Positions 36,791-45,676 of a stretch of DNA of 64,000 nucleotides are shown here, piece after piece. The translations under genes were made by a program, and so were the position numbers. How positions within the stretch are numbered: position 1 is the stretch's first letter; the number at the start of each line of letters is the position of its first letter. The stretch comes from an uncultured Bacteroidia bacterium. Lineage in GTDB: Bacteria; CAIWAD01; BS150m-G50. The notes beneath the pieces were generated by a model. The model ran no database searches. It was given only the letters and a program-made list of their open reading frames with translations, and was not told the DNA's origin. The stretch spans positions 24,752-88,751 of the forward strand of contig CAZCRT010000003.1 of assembly GCA_964501185.1 (NCBI GenBank), in the 5' to 3' direction.

Positions 36791-38872
36791 TTGCCACCGG
36801 GGCATCTTCTGGTTGAGGTCCGGGAAAGTTGTATCAGCCCGGGAACAGAGATGACCAGCCTGACCTCCTCGGGTAAGAGCCTTCTGGAAAAGGCAAAAGC
36901 GCATCCCGACAAACTGAAGGCAGCTCTCGGTAGAATGAAAACTGATGGTGTACTTTCTGTCATTCAGAAAGCGCGCGACAATCAAAGCAGGGAGGCGGCC
37001 AGTGGCTACTCTGCAGCGGGTATAGTCCTGGATGTAGCAGAAGATGTACAGGGATTTCAGAAGGGTGCCCGGGTTGCGGTTGCCGGAGCTGGTTTTGCCA
37101 ATCACGCGGAACTCGTTGCGGTTCCCGTTAACCTTACAATGGCAATTCCTGACGATGTCAGCTTTCGAGACGCCTCTTCCTGCGCTCTGGGGGGGATTGC
37201 ACTGCAGGGTGTCCGTCGCGCTGAAACCACACTCGGCGAAACGGTCGCTGTTATTGGTTGTGGTGCTATCGGCCTGTTGACTGTTCAACTGCTCAAGGCT
37301 GCGGGATGTACGGTTGTGGCAGTTGATCTGGAACCTCGCCGCCTGCAGCTGGCTGAGCAGCTGGGTGCTCACGCCACCTTCAACGCCAACGATAAGCAGC
37401 TTACGGATCTGATCATCCACTACGCTGACGGGCACGGTGTGGATAGAGCTATCATCACCGCTGCGACACAATCAAACATTGTTCTGGCGCAGGCCTTTAA
37501 CATCTGTCGCCGCAAGGGACGGGTGGTTCTGGTGGGCGTTGTCGGGCCTGAATTTAATCGAGCGGATATGTATCCCAAGGAGCTCGATTTTGTCATCTCC
37601 ACCTCCTACGGGCCGGGGCGCTATGACGAAAAGTATGAGCGGTTGGGGCATGATTATCCTTACGCTTATGTACGCTGGACGGAAAAGCGCAACATGGAGG
37701 CCTATCTGAAACTGATCGGCTCCGGTGCAATTCAATTGGACAACATCATTGAGGATTCCTTTACCTTCGAAGACGCACCTCAGGCGTACGCCAGACTTAC
37801 AGGTGAACAGTTGCTGCTGGTTACGCTTTCCTGTTCCGGTAATCCGGATACTCTGAATACCGGTGACAAAGCAGTTGAATCAACAGGCGAGAAACGGATT
37901 GACTGGAGGGCTCCGCAGGGTGTAATCCGACTGGGTTTGACAGGCGCGGGCAGCTTTATGCAAAGCATGCATATTCCCAATCTGAAGCGTCTGGAGGAGT
38001 TGTATCAGGTAACCGCAGTCTGTGATCAGAATGGTCTTGCAGCTCGCCAGGGTGCTCAGCATTTCCAGGAGTGTGACGCGACAACTGATTACGACGGACT
38101 GCTGCAATCGGACATCGATATGGTGCTGATCGGCACCCGGCACAACTCGCACGCTGAACTTGCAATCCGAGCTCTGGAGGCGGGTAAAGCTGTTTTCGTC
38201 GAGAAACCGATGTGTATTACTCTGGATGAGTATGAGAAGTTAACCAGCAGTGTGGCACAGACCAGCGCGCCCTTCATGGTCGGGTACAACAGACGCTTTT
38301 CACCATTCGCTGTCAGAATCAAAGAGCAGATCTCCAGCAGAGTGAATCCTCTTATAATGCAGTACACCATGAACGCCGGATATATCCCATACTCTACCTG
38401 GGTTCATTCTGATGAAGGTGGCGGACGGATTGTCGGTGAAGGTTGTCATCTGATTGATCTCTTTCGTTTCCTGACTGACAGCCCGGTGGTTTCTCTGTCT
38501 GTTGATGCGATCAAACCACGGACAGCCAGTGTTCGCCCCGACGATAATGTTGTGATTACCCTCCGCTATAAAGATGGCTCGATCGGTACCCTGCTCTACA
38601 CCGCACTGGGCTCCACCAGCTCGGAGAAGGAAACCCTGAAGGTCTTCTGTGACGAGCAGCTGTTCGAGCTACATGATTACAGAAGTCTTAAAACATATGG
38701 CGCAACCTCTGATTTCGTACTGAAAAAACAGGATAAGGGCCATCAGGCTGAGCTGCAGGTCTTCGCGGACAAAATCAGGAACGGGGAGCGATTCCCTATT
38801 CCCTGGCCTGAGCTTGTAGAAACCTGGGAAATCACCAGACAGGTTGCAGACATCCTGCGCAAAGGGGATTAG
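36791..38872 (+). CDS. bi-domain oxidoreductase (N-terminal zinc/MDR alcohol dehydrogenase-like plus C-terminal Gfo/Idh/MocA domain), paralog 1
   Basis: N-half: ...AVAGAGFANHAELVAVP..., Rossmann VAVIGCGAIGLLTVQL. C-half: Gfo/Idh/MocA (IRLGLTGAGSFMQSMHIPNL...EKPMCITLDEY). The first canonical start is TTG at 36791. In-frame upstream codons (from ~36728, IIKQVVFKSGKALCIETEAP) align with the N-terminus of paralog 2, so the true start is probably upstream, or non-canonical, or hidden by a sequence error. Confidence 0.75.
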   Translation: MPPGHLLVEVRESCISPGTEMTSLTSSGKSLLEKAKAHPDKLKAALGRMKTDGVLSVIQKARDNQSREAASGYSAAGIVLDVAEDVQGFQKGARVAVAGAGFANHAELVAVPVNLTMAIPDDVSFRDASSCALGGIALQGVRRAETTLGETVAVIGCGAIGLLTVQLLKAAGCTVVAVDLEPRRLQLAEQLGAHATFNANDKQLTDLIIHYADGHGVDRAIITAATQSNIVLAQAFNICRRKGRVVLVGVVGPEFNRADMYPKELDFVISTSYGPGRYDEKYERLGHDYPYAYVRWTEKRNMEAYLKLIGSGAIQLDNIIEDSFTFEDAPQAYARLTGEQLLLVTLSCSGNPDTLNTGDKAVESTGEKRIDWRAPQGVIRLGLTGAGSFMQSMHIPNLKRLEELYQVTAVCDQNGLAARQGAQHFQECDATTDYDGLLQSDIDMVLIGTRHNSHAELAIRALEAGKAVFVEKPMCITLDEYEKLTSSVAQTSAPFMVGYNRRFSPFAVRIKEQISSRVNPLIMQYTMNAGYIPYSTWVHSDEGGGRIVGEGCHLIDLFRFLTDSPVVSLSVDAIKPRTASVRPDDNVVITLRYKDGSIGTLLYTALGSTSSEKETLKVFCDEQLFELHDYRSLKTYGATSDFVLKKQDKGHQAELQVFADKIRNGERFPIPWPELVETWEITRQVADILRKGD

Positions 38873-38902
38873 CTATCAAAAACAAGATGCTGTGGCCATG
38901 CC

Positions 38903-40840
38903 ATGAACTCAGATAACCACCCGATTTCCATCTTACACAGACTGCGGCGACGGGTACGACAGAAGCAGGAAATTGGTCACCCGAACCGGTTTACGCACAA
39001 TATGTCGACCGGGCTGAGTTCAGAGAATCTGTCGGATAACTCCATTGAGCAGCGTCTTCAAAGCTATGTGGCACAGATTCCTTTCGCGGATTCGAACTTC
39101 AGGGAACTGATAACTCAACCTGACCGGGAAGGAATTCTGCGCTCAGCTGATACCGCTCGCGATCATCACTTTGAACTTCTGGGGAGTGGGCCGGTTAAAT
39201 TCGGGCACAACATCGACTGGCACAGAGAGTCTGTAACAGGTTTCCGGTGGAACCCGAATGTTCTGTACAGCCGGGTAAACGCACTTACACCACCCGGTTC
39301 TGATATCAAACACCCCTGGGAGCTGAGTCGTTGCCAGCATTTCTCTGCTCTGGGGCTTGCCTGGCAGCTTACCGACGATGAGGGCTATCTCCGTGAATAT
39401 GTGAATGAAACTGTTGACTGGATCTCAAGCAACCGGGTGGGGTACGGGGTTAACTGGGTTTGTGCAATGGAGGTGGCTATCCGTGCAGTCAACTGGCTGG
39501 CCGGATACTCACTCCTGCAGGAGGCTCTGCAAAAAAGTGAGCATACCCGGTTTCGCAGGGAGTTGACGCTAAGTCTCTGGGAACATGCCCGGTTCATCAG
39601 CACCCATCTCGAGTGGAACGGCCCTTATGCCACAAAACGTGCCAATCACTTCCTGGCCGATCTGACAGGGCTCTTCACCCTGGCTGTTTTGTTTTCCGAC
39701 ACTGCACAGGGTGGTCGCTGGTTGAAGTTTGCCCGGCGTTATCTGGAAGTGGAGATGGCACGGCAGGTACTGGACGATGGTGTTCATTTTGAACGTGCCA
39801 CAAGTTATCATCGTCTCTGTCTGGAGATGTTCCTCTGGTGCTGGAGTCTCGGTAAAGGCGCGGGAGTTCATTTCAGTGATGCTTACCAGCAGCGCTTGTG
39901 GAAAATGCAGGAGTTTGTCCGGGCTTATATTCGCCCCGATGGATCGGCCCCTGTCTGTGGAGATAATGATGACGGCCGCCTGCTCTACTCCGGCGCCAGT
40001 GAAATCAAAGATCATCGTTATCTGAGCTCCCTGACGACAACCGATGTGCCCAATGTGGACCGGATACTGCTGGCTGGAAGCACAACGCCACAGCCCGAAC
40101 AGCAGAACACCGGTTCGATATCTTCAGCTTTCAGGACAGCGGGATACTATTTCCTTAATGGCTCCGGTTACTCCCTGATGATCCGGGCGGGCGCACTGGC
40201 ACATAACGGAACACATGCTCACTGTGACCAGTTGTCCTTCGAGTTAACCCTGGGAACGGAGTCTGTCTTTGTCGATCGTGGCAGTTATGTCTATACATCG
40301 GATGTTGAGATGCGTAACCGTTATCGTGGCACAACTGCCCACAATGTACTTTCCCTGAATGGCGCCGGACAAAACCGACAACTCGGGAATGTGTTCGGTC
40401 TATATGATGATACACAGACTCAGGTGCTGAACATCTCCGGGCACACTCTTCAGGCCCGTCACACCGGTTTCAAGTCGCTCGCCCGTCCAGATGTGGCACA
40501 TACACGCACTTTTCTGATGGACCTGCCGGGGAACGGAATTGAGATCACTGATGAAATCGAGAGTGTACAGGATGGAGATATTGTCGAATGGTATTTCCAT
40601 CTGGCGCCAGGCCTGACCTCTGAGCTGCTGGGTAACAGGATGACTGTGCGCAGGGGTGATAAAGCGATCTGCATTCTGGAATGCCCCGGTCAAACGAGCT
40701 TGAGAATCGAACGGTTTGATCACAGTCCTTCTTACGGCTACCTGCAGGAGGCCGCAACACTCTTTGTTACCAGGCGGATAGAGGATGGTGACACCCCGTA
40801 CAGGGGCCGGTTTCTCATCTCCTTTGGAGAAAACATATGA
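38903..40840 (+). CDS. heparinase II/III-like family protein
   Basis: ...WELSRCQHFSALGLAWQLTDDEGY...NWVCAMEVAIRAVNW... (alpha/alpha toroid N-domain) and ...AHNGTHAHCDQLSFEL... (the H-x-H-x-D-x-LSFEL region of the Hepar_II_III C-domain). Confidence 0.7.
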   Translation: MNSDNHPISILHRLRRRVRQKQEIGHPNRFTHNMSTGLSSENLSDNSIEQRLQSYVAQIPFADSNFRELITQPDREGILRSADTARDHHFELLGSGPVKFGHNIDWHRESVTGFRWNPNVLYSRVNALTPPGSDIKHPWELSRCQHFSALGLAWQLTDDEGYLREYVNETVDWISSNRVGYGVNWVCAMEVAIRAVNWLAGYSLLQEALQKSEHTRFRRELTLSLWEHARFISTHLEWNGPYATKRANHFLADLTGLFTLAVLFSDTAQGGRWLKFARRYLEVEMARQVLDDGVHFERATSYHRLCLEMFLWCWSLGKGAGVHFSDAYQQRLWKMQEFVRAYIRPDGSAPVCGDNDDGRLLYSGASEIKDHRYLSSLTTTDVPNVDRILLAGSTTPQPEQQNTGSISSAFRTAGYYFLNGSGYSLMIRAGALAHNGTHAHCDQLSFELTLGTESVFVDRGSYVYTSDVEMRNRYRGTTAHNVLSLNGAGQNRQLGNVFGLYDDTQTQVLNISGHTLQARHTGFKSLARPDVAHTRTFLMDLPGNGIEITDEIESVQDGDIVEWYFHLAPGLTSELLGNRMTVRRGDKAICILECPGQTSLRIERFDHSPSYGYLQEAATLFVTRRIEDGDTPYRGRFLISFGENI

Positions 40841-41937
40841 ATGTATGCTTCACTTACCTGGGACCTCTGAAATACAGGGGAAGACTGTTCAAGCAGATCA
40901 GAACACTGCAACAGGCGGGACATGAATGTATGCTGATTCATGGGCGCACTGAGCCGGCAACGCCTGATTATTCAATATACAATTTTCCGGTGTCATCCAT
41001 CCGGGTAATCCAGGAACGCGCCAAATTGCTGACGCTGGCAAGCCAGTTGAATTTCTGTCGTAAGGCTGCAAGATTGATTGAGCAGAGTGATGCGGAGGCT
41101 GTTGTCTGTGTGGCGCTCACCAGTGCGTTATCAGGCGCTCTGGCAAAGAAACGCAATCCCCGACTGCGCTATATCTTCGACAGCAATGAACTGGAACTGG
41201 AAAGCTACAGTTCCAGAGTGAAGCAAATTGTGTGGGGGAAAATACAGAATCATATTCTGGGTTTTCCTGATATAGTGATGCACGCTGAGCAACACCGGTT
41301 GAATTACTTCCACGAAACTTACCGGACACAGGCTCGTCCTTTTCTGCTGGAGAACCTGCCATTTTTCCGTGAGACAATTCCGCAGCATGACCGGTCGAAA
41401 GCAATCCGCTGTGTGTACGTAGGCGGATTCATGCCACAGCGTCATTGTGAGGAGATGCTGGAGGCTTTTTCGGAGCCGACAATGCTGGAGGGTGTAACTT
41501 TCGACATGGTCGGTTTCTACGGGCGCCAGAGCTATGAAAAGACAATCACACAGTTGCTGAACAGGATCAACAGTGATCGGATTCGCATTCTACCGCCTGT
41601 ATCACATACTGACATGTATGAACTACTGTCCCGTTATGACATCGGACTGGCATTCTACCAGAACACTGACCTGAATAACTACTACTGCGCTCCCAACAAA
41701 GTGTATGATTACCTCCAGATGGGTATACCGGTTATTACCAATAATTACCCGGGATTGCTCGATATAGTTGGCAGGAACAGGACAGGTGTCTGCCTGCCCC
41801 GGGTGGACGCAGAGCATATTCAAACCGCTGTCAGAACTATCGAAGCGGATGATTTGTATCACAATATTACTGAGGACATCCGTAACCGGTACAGCTGGGA
41901 ACACCAGGAGAAAGCGTATCTGGAGCTGTTCAGTTGA
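40837..41937 (+). CDS. glycosyltransferase (GT-B fold, GT4-like)
   Basis: 366 aa; the ATG overlaps the heparinase-like stop (ATGA) with GGAGAAAACAT RBS. C-terminal ...NKVYDYLQMGIPVI... resembles the GT-B sugar-donor region. Confidence 0.55.
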   Translation: MNVCFTYLGPLKYRGRLFKQIRTLQQAGHECMLIHGRTEPATPDYSIYNFPVSSIRVIQERAKLLTLASQLNFCRKAARLIEQSDAEAVVCVALTSALSGALAKKRNPRLRYIFDSNELELESYSSRVKQIVWGKIQNHILGFPDIVMHAEQHRLNYFHETYRTQARPFLLENLPFFRETIPQHDRSKAIRCVYVGGFMPQRHCEEMLEAFSEPTMLEGVTFDMVGFYGRQSYEKTITQLLNRINSDRIRILPPVSHTDMYELLSRYDIGLAFYQNTDLNNYYCAPNKVYDYLQMGIPVITNNYPGLLDIVGRNRTGVCLPRVDAEHIQTAVRTIEADDLYHNITEDIRNRYSWEHQEKAYLELFS

Positions 41938-42006
41938 GCTCTCCTGACCGGAGTGAGTCGAAATGCTGAAAGTACAGACAGGAAATTCGAGAATGAGGCT
42001 CGTGCC

Positions 42007-43908
42007 ATGTGTGGGATAAGTATCATCCTGAATCGCGCCGGAAAGGAAGTTGATTATACGCTTCCGATGAAGAAAATGCTGACGAGCATGGCACACAGGG
42101 GGCCGGATGACGAAGGAGTACTGTTTGTTAACAATCATTCAGTCGTGTCACAGGGCAATACCGATTCCGATACAGACAGCAGGGCCTTTCTGGCGCTGGG
42201 GCACAGACGGCTGTCCATTATCGATACCTCGGAAAAGGGACATCAGCCGATGTGTTTTGACGATCGCTACTGGATTGTCTTTAACGGAGAGATTTATAAC
42301 TACATAGAGTTGCGGGAAATCCTCGAGCAGGCCGGATACCATTTCCAGACCAGGACTGACACTGAAGTTATACTGGCCGCGTACAGCTACTGGCGGGAGG
42401 ACTGCTTCGAGCGCTTCAATGGTATGTGGGCGCTGGCCATCTACGACTCAGAAGATCAGAAGCTGGTGATTTCCCGGGACAGGGTTGGAATCAAACCACT
42501 GGTTTACTACCAGGATGGTGATACAATTATCCTGGCTTCTGAAATCAAGGCGATCATCTCCACAGGCCTCATTTCCACAACACCCAATCTCAGATACCTG
42601 AAACGCTTCCTCAACGAGGGATCACTTGAATACCTGCGGGAAACTGCTTTCCAGAATATCTACCGGGTACCTGCCGGTACTTATGGTGTAATTGATCTCA
42701 CCCGGGAAACTGTTGAGATCCCGGAAATGACTGTCTTCTGGGATCCCGCCGCAATAGAGGCGGAAGAGGATTCCGTCAGTTATAACGAGCTGGAAAACCG
42801 TTACCGCAACATTCTCCTTGAGAGTGTCAGGTTGAGATTGCGTTCTGATGTGCCGGTGGGTTCTGCGTTTTCAGGCGGTCTCGACAGCTCCTCAATTGTA
42901 CTGATGGTTAACCGGCTGCTTCTGGATGAAGGAAAAACAGAACGGCAACAGACCTTTTCCACGGTTTATCGACAGGAGGGGACACAACACTGCGATGAGA
43001 GCGACTTCATCGATGCAATGACTGCCAGACTGAACCTGAGTTCACACAAAGTTGAACCGGTGGCAGCAGATGTTGCAAAACGGTACATGGAAACAGTTTA
43101 CATGATGGATAGCCCGCAGAAGAACTCCCTCATGTCATACATCTTTACCTATGACCTGATAAAGAAGCATGGTGTTACTGTCTCCATTGACGGGCAGGGT
43201 GCTGATGAAATACAGGGTGGCTACATTTTCTATCTCGTAAATCACCTGGCCAACCTGAGGTTGCGTGAGCTGTTGAGAACAGCCGGGGATTTCCTGCGGC
43301 TCGGGGATTCCAGAAAATACATCGTTTATGGTGTGGCGGTAAATCTGATGCGCCGGGTGGGACTCAAACAGGCCTGGCTGCGAATATTGAAACTAATCGG
43401 ACGCAGTAAGAATCCATTTCTTACATTGAATCAGCGTCTGGTGGAGGATATAAAGGGGAATCTGGTAAACCTGCTCCATTATGGCGATCGGGGAGCGATG
43501 GCATTTTCCGTGGAATCACGATTCCCGTTTCTGGATTATAGAATGATCGAATTCTGGCTCTCGCTGCCGGAAGAGTACAAGCTGAAAGATGGCTGGACAA
43601 AATTTCTGGCGCGTAAATCGTTGGCAGGTGAGCTACCGGATAATATTACCTGGAGAAAACTCAAGCTGGGATGGGCGATGCCGGAAGAGGTCTGGTTCAA
43701 GGGTGAGCTGAAGGATTGGGTGGTGAGTGTACTTGATAATTCGGAATTCATCAAACAGTTCAAACCACTTAATTACAGACGGATTTTGAGCAAGAGGAAG
43801 TCAGGCAGCAAAGAGATACAGAGCGTCATCAGGTATCTGAACACAGCGCTCTGGCATAATATCTTTTTCGGAGAAGATGGACTTCCCTCTGGAGGTGATT
43901 GGAAATGA
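42007..43908 (+). CDS. asparagine synthase (glutamine-hydrolysing)-like amidotransferase (WbpS-type)
   Basis: MCGISII N-terminal nucleophile Cys of the class II glutamine amidotransferase domain; ...SGGLDSSSIV... PP-loop. Confidence 0.85.
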   Translation: MCGISIILNRAGKEVDYTLPMKKMLTSMAHRGPDDEGVLFVNNHSVVSQGNTDSDTDSRAFLALGHRRLSIIDTSEKGHQPMCFDDRYWIVFNGEIYNYIELREILEQAGYHFQTRTDTEVILAAYSYWREDCFERFNGMWALAIYDSEDQKLVISRDRVGIKPLVYYQDGDTIILASEIKAIISTGLISTTPNLRYLKRFLNEGSLEYLRETAFQNIYRVPAGTYGVIDLTRETVEIPEMTVFWDPAAIEAEEDSVSYNELENRYRNILLESVRLRLRSDVPVGSAFSGGLDSSSIVLMVNRLLLDEGKTERQQTFSTVYRQEGTQHCDESDFIDAMTARLNLSSHKVEPVAADVAKRYMETVYMMDSPQKNSLMSYIFTYDLIKKHGVTVSIDGQGADEIQGGYIFYLVNHLANLRLRELLRTAGDFLRLGDSRKYIVYGVAVNLMRRVGLKQAWLRILKLIGRSKNPFLTLNQRLVEDIKGNLVNLLHYGDRGAMAFSVESRFPFLDYRMIEFWLSLPEEYKLKDGWTKFLARKSLAGELPDNITWRKLKLGWAMPEEVWFKGELKDWVVSVLDNSEFIKQFKPLNYRRILSKRKSGSKEIQSVIRYLNTALWHNIFFGEDGLPSGGDWK

Positions 43909-44480
43909 GGATGCTCAGAGAACGGCTGAAGAGCCTTAAGTCGCGTATCCGGTATCCCATGGCCTTTGTGAAGTTCAAGGCATGTGGAAGTAACCTCTGG
44001 CTGGGGCGGCGAGGTGTTTTCGGGCGCCCCGGGGAAATCAGCTTTGGCAACAATGTGTTCATTAACGCCGGTTTTCATATCTCTGCGCGCAATCTCGTTT
44101 TCGGGAACAACATCATGATCGGACCCAATCTTGTTATCGAATGTGATGACCACATCTTTGACCGCGTCGGGGTTACGATATTTGAAAACCGCGATAGCCG
44201 TGAAATCGGTTCTGTAACTATCGAGAATGATGTGTGGCTGGGAGCTGGTGTCACGGTTCTCAAGGGAGTTAAGATTGGGGAAGGGGTTGTAGTTGGTGCT
44301 CACAGTGTAGTGTCAAAAAGTATCCCTCCATATACAATCGCGGTTGGAACTCCCTGTAAGCCGATAAGAACTCGATTCTCTGCGGACCGGTTACGAGAAC
44401 ACCTGCAGTTGATCGATTCTCAATATTCTGCGGAAGCGGTTGAAGCAGCCTGGCTGGAGATGGGGCTGGATAACAGATGA
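43899..44480 (+). CDS. hexapeptide-repeat (LbH) sugar O/N-acetyltransferase (WbpD-like)
   Basis: ...VFINAGFHISARNLVFGNNIMIGPNLVI...VWLGAGVTVLKGVKIGEGVVVGAHSVV... are left-handed beta-helix repeats. Confidence 0.8.
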   Translation: MEMRMLRERLKSLKSRIRYPMAFVKFKACGSNLWLGRRGVFGRPGEISFGNNVFINAGFHISARNLVFGNNIMIGPNLVIECDDHIFDRVGVTIFENRDSREIGSVTIENDVWLGAGVTVLKGVKIGEGVVVGAHSVVSKSIPPYTIAVGTPCKPIRTRFSADRLREHLQLIDSQYSAEAVEAAWLEMGLDNR

Positions 44481-45676
44481 AATCTCGCAATGTCAAAGTG
44501 CTGATCGTTGAACACTCCCTCCCATACTACCATGTCCCGGTCTGGGCTGAAGTCGCCCGGCATCCGGCTATTAATCTGACCGTCGCATTTGGAAGGGGTT
44601 TTTTCACCGGTGCCGGTGGCGTTCCGGAGGGAGTTGTTACTGAAGAGATGGAGTTCAGGACGGTAGTCGAACCCTCAATAGTCAGGAAGATCGCCGGGAA
44701 AACCCTGCTGTGGCACAAAGCGGCTCTGGATGAACTTAAGCGAACCGATTACGATGTGGTGATACATCAATTTGAAACCAAAATTCTCTCCCTCTGGCCT
44801 GTAAAACGTATTCAGAAAAAAAGAGCCGGGCGTTTCATTTTGTGGGGTATCGGTGAATCTTTGAAACCGACTCCTCTTCTTGATCTCCTGCGCAAACGGC
44901 TGGCTGTTTCGACGGACGCAATGGTCTTCTATGCTGACAGTAACCGTGAGCGCTATCTGTCAATGGGATTGGATAAACGGAAGCTTTTTGTTGCCAGAAA
45001 TCTGATCGATATAAAACCGCTGCGTGAATCCTGTCAATCCTGGAACGAGGAACGGCTGCAGCAGTTCAGAGTAGATCAGGATCTCGGGAAGGGCCCGGTA
45101 CTGTTGAGTGTTGGCCGGTTGACAGAACGGAAACGATTGGATCTACTCCTGGAAGCGGCAGTGAAACTCCGCCCTCATCTCCCTGATCTCAGAGTAGTCA
45201 TTATTGGAGATGGCCCGGTGATAGAGCCGCTACAGAGGCAGGTTCAGGAAGCGGATCTTGAAGACACTGTGTTGTTTACCGGCATGATCAGTGATGAAAA
45301 AAAGATAACACCATGGTTTCTGGCGGCTGATCTTGTTGTGGCGCCGGCACAAATCGGCCATCTGGCTACCCATGCTCACGGGTACGGTGTCCCGCTTGTG
45401 ACAGGTGATGATCGCAGCCTGCAGGGACCTGAAATCGAAATTATGATTCCACAGGTAACCGGAATGACTTATGCTCAAAACCAGGTTGATTCTCTGGTCA
45501 GTGTCATCCGCGAACTACTGGCTGATGAAAAAAGGTTGAATGAAATGTCGATTCAAGCTACTCGACGTACGGATGATTTCTGCGGTGTTGAAAAAACGGC
45601 ACAGGGATTTATTGAAGCAGTTCTGCACGTGACAAACCTGGAAGGTGAATGTGAAGCAGATAACCCAGAATCTTAA
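44477..45676 (+). CDS. glycosyltransferase family 4
   Basis: 399 aa; ...LSVGRLTERKRLDLLLEAAVKLRPHLPDLRVVIIGDGP... ATG overlaps the upstream stop (ATGA). Confidence 0.75.
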   Translation: MKSRNVKVLIVEHSLPYYHVPVWAEVARHPAINLTVAFGRGFFTGAGGVPEGVVTEEMEFRTVVEPSIVRKIAGKTLLWHKAALDELKRTDYDVVIHQFETKILSLWPVKRIQKKRAGRFILWGIGESLKPTPLLDLLRKRLAVSTDAMVFYADSNRERYLSMGLDKRKLFVARNLIDIKPLRESCQSWNEERLQQFRVDQDLGKGPVLLSVGRLTERKRLDLLLEAAVKLRPHLPDLRVVIIGDGPVIEPLQRQVQEADLEDTVLFTGMISDEKKITPWFLAADLVVAPAQIGHLATHAHGYGVPLVTGDDRSLQGPEIEIMIPQVTGMTYAQNQVDSLVSVIRELLADEKRLNEMSIQATRRTDDFCGVEKTAQGFIEAVLHVTNLEGECEADNPES

